Shown one piece after another: positions 37,899 to 47,097 of a stretch of DNA of 64,000 nt; within the stretch, counting starts at the first letter, position 1; each line of letters begins with the position of its first letter. The position numbers and the translations under genes are program-made. The notes beneath the pieces were generated by a model. It was not told where the DNA came from and searched no databases. It saw only the letters and a program-made list of their open reading frames with translations. Location: assembly GCA_963734275.1 (NCBI GenBank), contig CAVTGO010000006.1:15274-79273 (forward strand), written 5' to 3'. Source of the DNA: an uncultured Actinomycetes bacterium. Lineage in GTDB: Bacteria > Actinomycetota > UBA4738 > HRBIN12.

Positions 37899-38954
37899 AT
37901 GCGACGCGTCCTGGCCGCCTTGGCTGTGACCGCCGCGGTTCTCGCGCCGGGCGGCGCGGCCTCCGCGGTGCCCCGCCCGGCCCTCCGAGCCGCGTCGTCG
38001 GACGGCAGCATCGGGCTGAGGCTCCTCGACATCCCGGCCACGGCACGCGCTGATGCTCGGGCGCAGCTGTACATCGTGGATCACCTCGCGCCGGGTACGG
38101 TGATCGAGCGTCGGATCGAGGTGTCCAACACCGCGGACTCCACCGTGCACGTCGGCCTCTATCCCGGCGCCGCCACTATCGTCGGAGGCTCGTTCCTGGG
38201 CGCCGAGGGTCACACACGCAACGACCTGTCCTCCTGGACGTCCGTCCGCCCGGGTTCGGTCGACGTTCCCTCCGGTGGACGGGTCGCGGCCACCGTGACG
38301 ATTAGCGTCCCGAGCGACGCGGCCCAGGGAGAACAGTACGGCGTCGTCTGGGCCGAGGCGCGCTCGGCTCCCACCGCCGACGGCGTCATCCAGGTCAGCC
38401 GCGTCGGCATCCGGCTCTACGTCTCCGTCGGCCCGGGTGGTGCTCCGGCTGCCGACTTCACGATCGATTCGCTGACCGCCATGCGCTCCTCCGAGGGCAA
38501 GCCGATGGTCCTCGCGACCGTACGCAACACGGGCGGGCGGGCGCTCGACATGAACGGAACCCTGGAACTGTTGGCGGGTCCGGGTGGGCTGAGCGCCGGC
38601 CCGTTCCCCGCTACCCTCGGCGTCACGCTCGGGATCGGCGAGACGGAGCCCGTCACGATCGTCCTGGACGAACGTCTCCCCGCCGGGCCCTGGGATGCGG
38701 AGATCACTCTCCGCAGCGGACTGCTCGATCGCACCGCACGAGCAACCATCACCTTCCCCGCCATCGGGGCGGCGCCCCCGGTGAAGACCGTGTCGGGCGC
38801 ACCCGGATGGCTCTACCCCGCCGCAGGCGGCATCGCTGTCCTGCTGGTGAGCGTGGCTGCTCTGCTCGCCGTGCGCGGGCGCCCGCGGCGCCCCACGATG
38901 GAACGCGGGCGGCGTTCTCCCACCCTGCGAACGCCGTCCTCCACGACCTCGTGA
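37899..38954 (+). CDS. Cell-surface protein, DUF916/DUF3324-like, with a C-terminal TM anchor
   Basis: From ATG 37899: signal peptide, then IGLRLLDIPA...YIVDHLAPGTVIERRIEVSN...GEQYGVVWAE...VGIRLYVSV, a C-terminal hydrophobic helix and an RRP tail. The partner WxL-like gene lies upstream. Confidence 0.65.
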   Translation: MRRVLAALAVTAAVLAPGGAASAVPRPALRAASSDGSIGLRLLDIPATARADARAQLYIVDHLAPGTVIERRIEVSNTADSTVHVGLYPGAATIVGGSFLGAEGHTRNDLSSWTSVRPGSVDVPSGGRVAATVTISVPSDAAQGEQYGVVWAEARSAPTADGVIQVSRVGIRLYVSVGPGGAPAADFTIDSLTAMRSSEGKPMVLATVRNTGGRALDMNGTLELLAGPGGLSAGPFPATLGVTLGIGETEPVTIVLDERLPAGPWDAEITLRSGLLDRTARATITFPAIGAAPPVKTVSGAPGWLYPAAGGIAVLLVSVAALLAVRGRPRRPTMERGRRSPTLRTPSSTTS

Positions 38955-38985
38955 CGGATCCGGCACGAGGTCGGGAACCGCGGCC

Positions 38986-39849
38986 CTAGGCCTCCCCGGA
39001 GGCCACCTCCTCGGACCCGTCCTCGGGATCATCCGGTCCCGCGCCCAACGGCTGGTCGAAGGTCAGCGCGTAGACCTCCTGCCCCTTGGGGTACTCCTTC
39101 GTCGGGCGATACTCGCGCGTCACGGTGACGCCCAACCCCTGGTAGACGCCGTCGCGCTCGTCCCGGAGCCGCTCGCCGAGGAAGACGTTCGCGATGATCT
39201 CTTGGGGCAGCTCGGCCGCCGTCACCATCCGCACTGCTCCGACCACCGGCGAGCCCACCACCGTGAGCTCGCCGGCGATCTGCACGAGGTAGCCCGGGCC
39301 GGCATCGAGACCCATCGAGAGAACGACGCCGTCCGGCAGGTTCCTGGAGTTCCTCCTGAAGTCTTCGAGCACGAGTCGATGGAAGAAGTCGACCAGGGTG
39401 CGAGCCGTGTGCACGACATCGCCGGCCGCCTGGACGAAGTGCTCGTGATACTCGTCGTCGGGACCGGACTGAACGATCCAGTAGGCGAGGAACCCGTCGC
39501 CCGTGAACTTGTCGAACCATCCACCCGAGCGCCGGATCCCCTGCCGGACCGAGGACACGAACTTGTCCATGGTGAAGGCGAAACGCTCGAACCTGATGGC
39601 CTCCTTCATCAGGCTGGTGGAGCTGCGGATGTCGGCGGCCATCACGAACATCTGGATGGGCTCGCCGTCGATGATGGCGTCGAGCAGTTCCTGCTTGCCG
39701 AGGCGCCCTTCCCAGTCGGGAGGCGCGTGGGTCGTCAGGAGGTCGACCAGATGCAACCGCTCGTGGTCGCGCTCCTCGGGTGTCCAGGTGCGCTCCGCCC
39801 CGGCGTCCGATCGAGCAGCCGTGGTCGCCTCGCTCCCGGGACCAGTCAC
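38986..39849 (-). CDS. Class-III nucleotidyl cyclase homology domain protein (orphan); start uncertain
   Basis: FVMAADIRSSTSL (metal Asp region), KFTGDGFLAYW, MGLDAGPGYLV..GELTVVGSPVGAV-type pattern. GTG 39849 was chosen so as not to overlap the upstream hydrolase. Confidence 0.6.
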   Translation of the reverse strand: MTGPGSEATTAARSDAGAERTWTPEERDHERLHLVDLLTTHAPPDWEGRLGKQELLDAIIDGEPIQMFVMAADIRSSTSLMKEAIRFERFAFTMDKFVSSVRQGIRRSGGWFDKFTGDGFLAYWIVQSGPDDEYHEHFVQAAGDVVHTARTLVDFFHRLVLEDFRRNSRNLPDGVVLSMGLDAGPGYLVQIAGELTVVGSPVVGAVRMVTAAELPQEIIANVFLGERLRDERDGVYQGLGVTVTREYRPTKEYPKGQEVYALTFDQPLGAGPDDPEDGSEEVASGEA

Positions 39850-39889
39850 CTTCTCCGAGAGGACCGAGTCAAGCCCATGGAGACGCAGT

Positions 39890-40666
39890 CTAGGGACCGA
39901 AGAAGTCCGCCAGCACCGCGGCGATGACCGCCTGGTCGACGTCGTGGGATTGGCCCTCGAGGGTCCGGCGCTGCCCGTCGGGGAGGGCGTCGGCGAGCGC
40001 CTGCGCAGCCTCGCCCATGAACGGGAAGCTCGCCCCACCGTCGATCACGAGCGTGGGCGCCTTGACGGCGGCGGCACGCTCGGTCGGCACCGAGTAATCG
40101 CCCATGATCGTGGCGTCGTACGGCAGCGTGTGCGCCAGCGCCTCCTGGCCGGCCCAGAACGGCTGGGCGCGCGCGCCGGCGACGAACTCGGGCGGCAGAC
40201 CTACGACCTTCGACATGAAGTACTCCACCGCTTCGCCCCGGCGACCCTCCGCGAGCATCTCGTGGTACCGCTCCACCTGGTCCGCGGGCGGGCGCGCCCG
40301 CTCATCCAAGATGAACGGCGGCTCCCAGAGCGCCAGCTTCATGATGGGGAGTCCGCTCGCCGCCGCCTCGAGGGCAAGGGCCGCGCCGGAGGACGTCCCG
40401 TACACGGACGCCGACCCACCGGCCTCGGTGACCATGGCATCCAGATCCTCGACCTCGCGCTCGACTGCGTACGGCGCGGCGTCTCCGCTATCGCCTCGAC
40501 CACGACGGTCGTAGTTGAACACCGTGAGATGCGGTGCAAGCAGCTGCGCGAGCTGCGCGTTCGCCATCCGGTCGGTCGACCCGCCACACACGAGGATGAC
40601 CGGCGGCCCCGCTCCCAACCGATCGAACGCGATGGTGGTGCCGTCCTTCGATGTGACCTCGTTCAT
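39890..40666 (-). CDS. Alpha/beta hydrolase
   Basis: From ATG 40666 (GGAGGAGAAGG upstream): PPVILVCGG, nucleophile elbow GTSSGA, C-terminal GQSHDV. Confidence 0.85.
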   Translation of the reverse strand: MNEVTSKDGTTIAFDRLGAGPPVILVCGGSTDRMANAQLAQLLAPHLTVFNYDRRGRGDSGDAAPYAVEREVEDLDAMVTEAGGSASVYGTSSGAALALEAAASGLPIMKLALWEPPFILDERARPPADQVERYHEMLAEGRRGEAVEYFMSKVVGLPPEFVAGARAQPFWAGQEALAHTLPYDATIMGDYSVPTERAAAVKAPTLVIDGGASFPFMGEAAQALADALPDGQRRTLEGQSHDVDQAVIAAVLADFFGP

Positions 40667-40694
40667 GGCCTTCTCCTCCTCTGGTCCCCTCGGT

Positions 40695-41432
40695 CTATCC
40701 GAAGGTCCGGGTGAGCCAGGATCCCCAGGCCTCTTGGGTCGTCTCGTCGACGGCGGTGAAGATGTGGTGTCCCACGACGACCGTGTCCTGGAAGCCACGG
40801 ATGAATCGGTACAGGCCGTCCTCGGAGCGCAGACCGAAGATGTTCGGCGAGAGGTAGTCCACGACGCCCTCGATCGGCTCGAGGCCCTCCGGCGTGAGCC
40901 GCACGGTTCCATCGATAGCTTCCGAGCCCGTCAGGCCGAGGGGTTCCCTGAAGACGGTCCAGCCCGGGTCTCGGCCGGCGACGGAGGGTCCGAACGCGTC
41001 GATCGACGTCGCGGTCCGGCCACGGAAGTAGGTGAGGAACTGGCCGAGCTTGAACAGCATCGCCGGGTCGCCTTCCTTCAGCGCGTCGTACTCCGCCTCC
41101 CACTCACCGCCCAGGAAGCCGTTGTGGATCCAGCGAACGTCGGTGGTGCCTTCGCCGCGATCCTCGATCTGCCATTCGAAGGCGTGGAGCGTCCCGTCCT
41201 CACCCTCGTCGGTCCGGTGCGAGAAGCGGTTCGGCGGCTCCCATGCGGTGACGGTCGACTCCATCGTGAAGCCCGGCAGGACCGTCCGAGCCGTGCCGCC
41301 GACGCGGGGCTCCACCTCGTTCCTCCCCATGAACCAGGAATCGACCCCCGGACCGGTGGTGATCGCCTGCCAGACCTCCTCGAGGGTGGCGGCGACCGCG
41401 ATCCGATTGTCGGTCTCGAACGGCTGAGCCAT
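40695..41432 (-). CDS. SRPBCC-superfamily (AHSA1/START-like) protein
   Basis: The N-terminal IAVAATLEEVWQAITTGPGVDSWF pattern is typical of the Aha1/BPI-like SRPBCC domain. Confidence 0.7.
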   Translation of the reverse strand: MAQPFETDNRIAVAATLEEVWQAITTGPGVDSWFMGRNEVEPRVGGTARTVLPGFTMESTVTAWEPPNRFSHRTDEGEDGTLHAFEWQIEDRGEGTTDVRWIHNGFLGGEWEAEYDALKEGDPAMLFKLGQFLTYFRGRTATSIDAFGPSVAGRDPGWTVFREPLGLTGSEAIDGTVRLTPEGLEPIEGVVDYLSPNIFGLRSEDGLYRFIRGFQDTVVVGHHIFTAVDETTQEAWGSWLTRTFG

Positions 41433-41705
41433 CTCAGACCCCTCTCCTCGTCACGGCATCACTCACAGGACCGGTAGGAGCGGTCAAACTCATCGGTTCC
41501 CCCTCCGTGTGCGCGCCTCGTGTCGGTGGCCGCGCTTCGGTCCGGCGACCAGGATCCTCGGTGAGTCTGAGCCATCTCGCGAGGGGCCGGCGGCCGGGCA
41601 TGACGAACGGTCACCCGTCGAGCCCGAAGGGAGGCGGGTGGCAGCCTGGGAGGACCGCGATGGTGCGCCGCGCGCCGACGCGACGCACCACCGCCATCGG
41701 GGTCG

Positions 41706-44700
41706 CTAGGCCCGCTGCCAGGCGACCAGGTTCTCGAAGAGCTGGTACCCCGTGTAGGTGAGCGCGTAGGAGGCGAGCCCGTAGGGGTGGTGGTTCTCCT
41801 CGGACGGGTCGGGCAGCAGCGCCCCGGCGATCCGGATCACGCCGGACCCGAACGGCAGCTCGCCCAGCGAGGTCCCGGTGGAGGTCTCGCTCCCGGCGGA
41901 GATCGTCGAGCGGACCAGCGTCCGCGCCGCCGTCGATCCGCCCGCGGCCTCCCACGCCGCCTGGTCCACGATCCAGTTCGGCGCGTCGCACCGGTCCGAT
42001 TCGCACGCGGCGTTCGCCGACCCCGAGGCGCTCACGTAGTACCCGAGCGGGACGGGCTCGTAGGTCTGGTGCCGGTTGTCGAAGGTCTGGCCGCCGACGA
42101 CGCCGACGCCCTCGGCGGTCCCCTCCTTGTCCACGTCGGCCGCGAGGGGGTGCCGATCGTAGGTCGGACCCTGCCCGTCGTCGAAGTCCATCCACCCGGC
42201 ATAGAAGTAGCCCGAACCCACGTCCTCGGCGGCGATGCCGGTGCCGAGGAACGGCAGCGCGGCCATCGCCCCGTCGGTGAGGACGACGTTGCCACCTCCT
42301 GCCGCGAACCCGGCGATCGCGCCCGCGTACTTGGAGAACTGCTTGGCCGTGTAGCGACTCGCCGGGGTCGGCTTCGGCGCGGGGTCGGCCTGGAACGCGA
42401 TCGTCCCCTGGACCGGCTGGGGCGCGGCGGCGAAGTTCAGGAGCCGGACCCGCCACCTGCCGGGCTCGGGGGCATACACCGTCACGGACTCGCCGTTGTT
42501 CACGAACGCGCACGTGCAGCCCCGGTCCACCCACTGCTGCGTGACGCGGGTCGAGCTGCTCGATGTGCAGGTCGTAGTCGCTCGGGATCGGCCCACGTGG
42601 CCCCCGCAACCATCCGGTCGTTGTCGTAGGTGCCGATCGACGTCGAACTCGTACACCGCCTCGCCGACGGCCGGCACGCCGGCCGTGGCGCCGAACGTGA
42701 AGCTCGCCCCCGGCTGCGGCTGACCGGCCGGTTCGACATCGGCACCCTGCTGGACGAAGCCCGGCATGAAGTCGTTCGCGAGGACCAGCGTGTCGTACCG
42801 GCCCAGGTCTCTCGGCTTCCTGATGACCTGGTCCACCGTCACCGGCTGCAGCTCGCTGCCGGCGGCCGCGTACGCGTTCAGGTCGGTGAAGAAGTCCATC
42901 CGCGAGGCGTCGTACGGCGCCTGCACAGGTTCGGGGTACGCGTCGTTGCGGCTGAAGCTGATGTGGAACCGCGTCGGCAGGATCCGCCCGGCGCTCGACC
43001 GGATCCGGTACGGGCCGGGCTTCGGGTCGTTCAGGTCGATCCGGGCGCCGGCCTGCAGGTACGTCTCGCTCTGGTTGAAGTACCGGGCCACCTCGTGACA
43101 GCCCTCGGGCTCGCCGATGTGCTCCGGCGGCCCGCAGTACTCGAGGACCAGCTCGGCCGCCGCGTTCGGCGAGATCCCGCTCAGGTTGCCGTACGTGGCC
43201 TCGATCGTGAGACCTCCGTTGTACACGCCGTCCTGCGGCCCCTTCACGTCGAACGGGAGCTCCCCGATGCCCGTGGCCTGGGTCTGCTCGATGTCGGCCT
43301 GTGTCGGCAGGTCGCCGAGCCCGCCGGCGGATCCGCCGCCCGGGTGCGTGACCCGGTCGGGGTCCTTGATGTACGCCACCGACCCGGTCGTGCCGAACAC
43401 CGGCTCCTCGGCCTGGAACAGCGCCGTGATCTGCGAGTAGATCAATCCCTTGTTGCCGTCGATGTGCAGCTGCTCCAGATCGGGGTCGAAGACGGTGTTC
43501 GGCGCAAGGTGCGACAACGCCATCTCGTTGTCGATGCCGATCGCATCCAGCCCGAGCGGCGAATCCATCCAGTCGCCGAACGACCCCGTCACCTGGTAGT
43601 TGATCGTGTCCCACACGGTGCCCCACTGGTCCGAGCACATCGGGACGTTGCCGCCCTGCACCGGAACGGGGACGGGGCCGGGGCACGAGTCGGCGGGAGC
43701 GATCATCGGGCTCCACGAGAGTCGCTGCTCGGAGTCGCGGAACGTGAGGATCGACGTCTCCACGCTGAGCGCGTTCTTGCGGTAATCGCGCTGGCCGGCC
43801 CCGAGGAGCGTGAACGAGAAGGACGGCGCCGTGACCATGCCGTGCAGGTCGATCGCGCCGTCGAACTTGCCGGCGGCCGTCTGGCCCCTCACGAAGTCGA
43901 GGTACTCGGTGTACGCGCGGGTCTCGGGCTCGCTGGCCGAGGTGTAGAGCGGCTCCGTGTACCCGATCGTCGGGAAGTCGCGGTTCAGATCCATCCCGTT
44001 GCCGTTGTAGCGCTGGAAGAAGACGCCGCCCTCGGTCACCTCGCCCCTGTGCCACCCGTCCGGGTTGGACAGGACGAAGTACACGACCCCGCCGCGGAGC
44101 ACCTCGCCGGCGGTCGGACCCGAGTCCGAGGGCTCCAGGATCCGCTTCGGGAACGGGCCCTCGCTCGCGCACGCCGGTGCCGCGCCGGCGCCCTGCTCGC
44201 AGGCGGCCCACGTCACGAGGTCCTCGATCGCTCGGATCCCCCCCTCGATGCCAGCGCGCTCGATGCCGTGGATCGACAGCGAGTACGCGAAGTGCATGCG
44301 CTCGGCCTCGGGGACCGGGGAGTCGCGATCGGTCACCTTGATCACGTAGAGCTCCCGCCGGTCGCGGGACAGGTCGGCCTTCGGGAGACCGGCGGACAGC
44401 AGGTCGAGCCCGGCGAACGTTGGGTTGTCGCCGTACTGGGTGCGCAGCTCGATCACCTGCAAGTACCGCGGGAAGCGCTGCTCGAGGAACCGCAGCCCCC
44501 CGATCGCCTCCTCCCACTGGATGAACTGCCCGGCGCAGACGCTCCCCTTCGCGAAGGGGCTCTTCAGCGGCGCCCCTCTGAGGCAGCCGTGGGGATCGGG
44601 GAACACGCGGCCGAAGGCCGTGTACGTGGCGTCGTCGATCGCGACCGGCGTCGCTCGGACGCCACCACCGTCCGCGGCGACGAAGACCGACGCGACGAGC

Positions 44701-44735
44701 AGGCAGACGAGCGAGGGGGCGAGCCATCTACGCAC
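41706..44735 (-). CDS. Secreted M14-family zinc carboxypeptidase-like protein with a large C-terminal extension; locally scrambled frame at about 42540-42640
   Basis: Signal peptide; SIHGIERAGIEG (HxxE), NPDGW, NGMDLNRDFP, AIDLHG. See the finding on three compensating +1 shifts. Confidence 0.8.
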   Translation of the reverse strand: MRRWLAPSLVCLLVASVFVAADGGGVRATPVAIDDATYTAFGRVFPDPHGCLRGAPLKSPFAKGSVCAGQFIQWEEAIGGLRFLEQRFPRYLQVIELRTQYGDNPTFAGLDLLSAGLPKADLSRDRRELYVIKVTDRDSPVPEAERMHFAYSLSIHGIERAGIEGGIRAIEDLVTWAACEQGAGAAPACASEGPFPKRILEPSDSGPTAGEVLRGGVVYFVLSNPDGWHRGEVTEGGVFFQRYNGNGMDLNRDFPTIGYTEPLYTSASEPETRAYTEYLDFVRGQTAAGKFDGAIDLHGMVTAPSFSFTLLGAGQRDYRKNALSVETSILTFRDSEQRLSWSPMIAPADSCPGPVPVPVQGGNVPMCSDQWGTVWDTINYQVTGSFGDWMDSPLGLDAIGIDNEMALSHLAPNTVFDPDLEQLHIDGNKGLIYSQITALFQAEEPVFGTTGSVAYIKDPDRVTHPGGGSAGGLGDLPTQADIEQTQATGIGELPFDVKGPQDGVYNGGLTIEATYGNLSGISPNAAAELVLEYCGPPEHIGEPEGCHEVARYFNQSETYLQAGARIDLNDPKPGPYRIRSSAGRILPTRFHISFSRNDAYPEPVQAPYDASRMDFFTDLNAYAAAGSELQPVTVDQVIRKPRDLGRYDTLVLANDFMPGFVQQGADVEPAGQPQPGASFTFGATAGVPAVGEAVYEFDVDRHLRQRPDGCGGHVGRSRATTTCTSSSSTRVTQQWVDRGCTCAFVNNGESVTVYAPEPGRWRVRLLNFAAAPQPVQGTIAFQADPAPKPTPASRYTAKQFSKYAGAIAGFAAGGGNVVLTDGAMAALPFLGTGIAAEDVGSGYFYAGWMDFDDGQGPTYDRHPLAADVDKEGTAEGVGVVGGQTFDNRHQTYEPVPLGYYVSASGSANAACESDRCDAPNWIVDQAAWEAAGGSTAARTLVRSTISAGSETSTGTSLGELPFGSGVIRIAGALLPDPSEENHHPYGLASYALTYTGYQLFENLVAWQRA

Positions 44736-44826
44736 GGAACCCTCCCATCCAGACGCGGGCCGATGGCCCGTCTGGCCGAGGCGTACCCGCCGTCACGAAC
44801 CGGCGAAACGCCTGATGAGAGGACTC

Positions 44827-45312
44827 TCACCGGCCCGAGCGCCGAGCGCCTCCCCTGCGGCGGATCGTCGTCCCGACCACGAGTGCCGCCGAGATGAGTA
44901 CGAGGTTCTTCACGACGAACTCGCCCTCCACGGTGAGCAGGAGCGGGTTCCCGTGGCGGAACGTGACCTCGGGCAGGACGATGAAGGTCAGGAACGTCCC
45001 GACCATCTGCGCGACGAACAGCAGCAGGGTCAGCCGGAGGGCCCAGCCGAACAGCAGCATCACGCCCACGAACACCTCGAAGAACCCGAGGGCCGTGACG
45101 AACAGCTCGGGGTCGACCCAATACACGGTGTTCGCCACCAGGTCGGCGACCGGCGAGACGTCGAAGATCTTCAGCACACCGAACCACACGAACACGAGAC
45201 CGAGCGACACGCGAAGCATCGGGACCGCGACCTTCCCCAGGAACGGGACCAGCCTCGCGTCGACGCGGTCCACGGCCCGCCAGGCAGAGCGAGTGAGCTT
45301 CGTGCCTGCCAT
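44827..45312 (-). CDS. DoxX/YkgB (DUF417)-like membrane protein
   Basis: Four predicted TM helices; LRVSLGLVFVWFGVLKIF motif. Confidence 0.6.
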   Translation of the reverse strand: MAGTKLTRSAWRAVDRVDARLVPFLGKVAVPMLRVSLGLVFVWFGVLKIFDVSPVADLVANTVYWVDPELFVTALGFFEVFVGVMLLFGWALRLTLLLFVAQMVGTFLTFIVLPEVTFRHGNPLLLTVEGEFVVKNLVLISAALVVGTTIRRRGGARRSGR

Positions 45313-45319
45313 CGGGACC

Positions 45320-46124
45320 CTACGCCTGGATGATCACCGGCGTGCCGAGCGGCACGTCGAGCAGCGACTCCATGTCCTCGTTGTAGACGCGGACGCAGCC
45401 GTGCGACACCGCCTGGCCTCGGTTGCTGGCGTAGGGCGTCCCGTGTACGGCCATGCGCCCCTCCCCCGGCCAGTCTGAGAGCACCGGAGAGAATCCCGAG
45501 AGGCCGAGCGCCATGATCCCGTACGGGTTCGAGGGGTCCTCGTAGGGCACCTTCACCCAGACGTAGAACTCGCCCTTGCCCGTCGGGTACTGCGAGGTGC
45601 CGACGCCGATCTTGAAACGCTCCTCGAGCTCGTCGTCCACGAGGTACTCGAGCGTGCGCTTCGACAGGTCGACCTCGATCCGCTCGTGGCGCTCGCGGAG
45701 CTTGACCTGGTCCGAGCGCACCCAGCCGGTAGCTGCCGTTCGGCCGCAGCGGGAGGTAGACCTCGTACCAGGGGATCCCGTCGCGGCGCGTCGCGCCGGC
45801 GACCAGCATGGGCGGGAGCTCCCCGAACGGGTTCTTCGTGTCGAAGACGTAGTCGGGATCGTCGCCCTTGCCCGGCTCGTCCCACATCGGCTGATAGCGC
45901 TCCGACGGGATCACGACCCAGTCGCCGTCGGCCAGGAGCGGCTCGTTCTCCGGTTCGTTCTCTGGCTCGGGCTGCGAACCGCTTCCTCCGCCCGGCTCGA
46001 AGGTGGTGCTGCCGATCGCCCCGGTGGGCTCATCGATCTCTGCCGGCTCGCCCGAGGACGTGCAGGAACCGAGTGCGATCAGCAGGAGGAGCGCGAGAGA
46101 GGACCTGGCGGTCGGGCGACGCAC
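45320..46124 (-). pseudogene. L,D-transpeptidase (YkuD) lipoprotein with a +1 frameshift near 45722-45730
   Basis: Lipobox LIALGSCTSS and ...WYEVYLPLRPNGS are in one frame. GWVRSDQVKL...and the catalytic HGTP...SHGCVRV are in the next frame (ORF 45320..45721). Confidence 0.75.
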
Positions 46125-46146
46125 CCGACCATGATGCCACGAGCCG

Positions 46147-46734
46147 TCAGCCGGCAGCCGGAACCGTCCCCGGGGTCGGCCCGTCCAGCCGCGACAACGA
46201 CTCGCGGAGCTCGGACAGGGCCGCCACCTGTTGGGCGTCGGGCTGATCCTGGAACTCGAGCGTCTCGCGGAGCTCGTTCAGGGCGCGGAGCTGCTCGGCG
46301 GCCTCGGCCTCCTTGGCGGTCAGCTCCCGCTGCTTGACGAGGGCGTCGCGCATCGGCCCGATCATCAGCACGACCGCCATGAACACGTAGAAGCGCGTGA
46401 TCGCGCTCCAGTAGGTGACCGGGGAGTCGAGGGTGGTGACCTCACGGGCCACCTCGGCGGCGCTCCGCGCCACGGTGGCGACCCCGGCCAGGAACGCCCC
46501 CATCCACCGGCCACGCGTGAAGGTCACGATCGCCACGGGGAAGAGGTAGAACACGGCGACGTCGAAGCTGCCGGTCACGGCGTCCACCAGGCCGATCAGA
46601 GCGAGCAGCAGGAGCCCGGTCAAGATCACGAACCCCGGCGTTCGCCGGCCCAGGACCGCCTCGAGCCGCAGCAGCGAGGAGCGGCCGGGCTCGTGCGTGA
46701 ACGCGGCCTCCTCGGTCTGGTTGCCCTTCATCAC
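46147..46734 (-). CDS. Membrane protein with a C-terminal coiled-coil segment (function unknown)
   Basis: Three or four hydrophobic helices followed by KQRELTAKEAEAAEQLRALNELRETLE. Codon usage is consistent with neighbouring genes. Confidence 0.5.
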   Translation of the reverse strand: MMKGNQTEEAAFTHEPGRSSLLRLEAVLGRRTPGFVILTGLLLLALIGLVDAVTGSFDVAVFYLFPVAIVTFTRGRWMGAFLAGVATVARSAAEVAREVTTLDSPVTYWSAITRFYVFMAVVLMIGPMRDALVKQRELTAKEAEAAEQLRALNELRETLEFQDQPDAQQVAALSELRESLSRLDGPTPGTVPAAG

Positions 46735-46891
46735 TACGGCACCCTCCGTCTCTCGCCCACCATGAACGTCGGACGGAAAGCTACTCAGCTTGAGCGCGGC
46801 CCGCAGCCTCCAGAACGCGATCGAGGCGACCCCGAGAAGAGGTGGCCCGCCAACCCTCCCTCAGCGTTTACGCTGGCCGATGGATCACCGC

Positions 46892-46974
46892 GCGAGAGTG
46901 GCGGAACGGCAGACGCGCCGGACTTAGGATCCGGTGCCCGAAAGGGCGTGGGAGTTCGACTCTCCCCTCTCGCA
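46892..46974 (+). tRNA. tRNA-Leu (anticodon TAG), class II long variable arm, CCA not encoded
   Basis: Acceptor GCGAGAG/CTCTCGC; anticodon stem CCGGA/TCCGG with loop CTTAGGA; variable arm TGCCCGAAAGGGCGT; T-arm GGGAG-TTCGACT-CTCCC. Confidence 0.9.
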
Positions 46975-47097
46975 CCGCCTCTGACGTGCGAATCTTCGTT
47001 CAGAGCGTTCCAGGGAATGAGACCGAGAAGGCCGTCTTGCCCACACTTGCTCACAGACGCGTGAGCAACCCGGTAGGAGGAGCCGGCGCGTCCCTTC

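Noticed and set aside
38986-39849. Pycsar-type antiphage cyclase
   Set aside because: The cyclase-homology domain is plausible, but Pycsar requires an adjacent TM or TIR effector. The downstream neighbour is a convergent surface-protein gene, and the upstream genes are a hydrolase and an SRPBCC protein. I kept it only as an orphan cyclase finding.
41611-44727. 1038-aa ORF overlapping the M14 carboxypeptidase gene in another frame on the same strand
   Set aside because: The translation is Arg/Pro/Gly-dominated with no motifs. This is typical of a stop-free alternative frame in very GC-rich DNA. The co-located frame has clear M14 motifs. Only a short piece of this frame (about 42540-42588) seems to carry real coding information; see the finding.
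42630-44897. Long antisense ORFs (for example 42630..44897 +, 49988..51991 +, 52486..54180 +, 37812..39032 -, 31439..32680 -, 12859..13965 -)
   Set aside because: All lie opposite genes with strong family signatures and translate to Arg/Gly/Pro-rich low-complexity sequence. They are shadow ORFs caused by GC bias.
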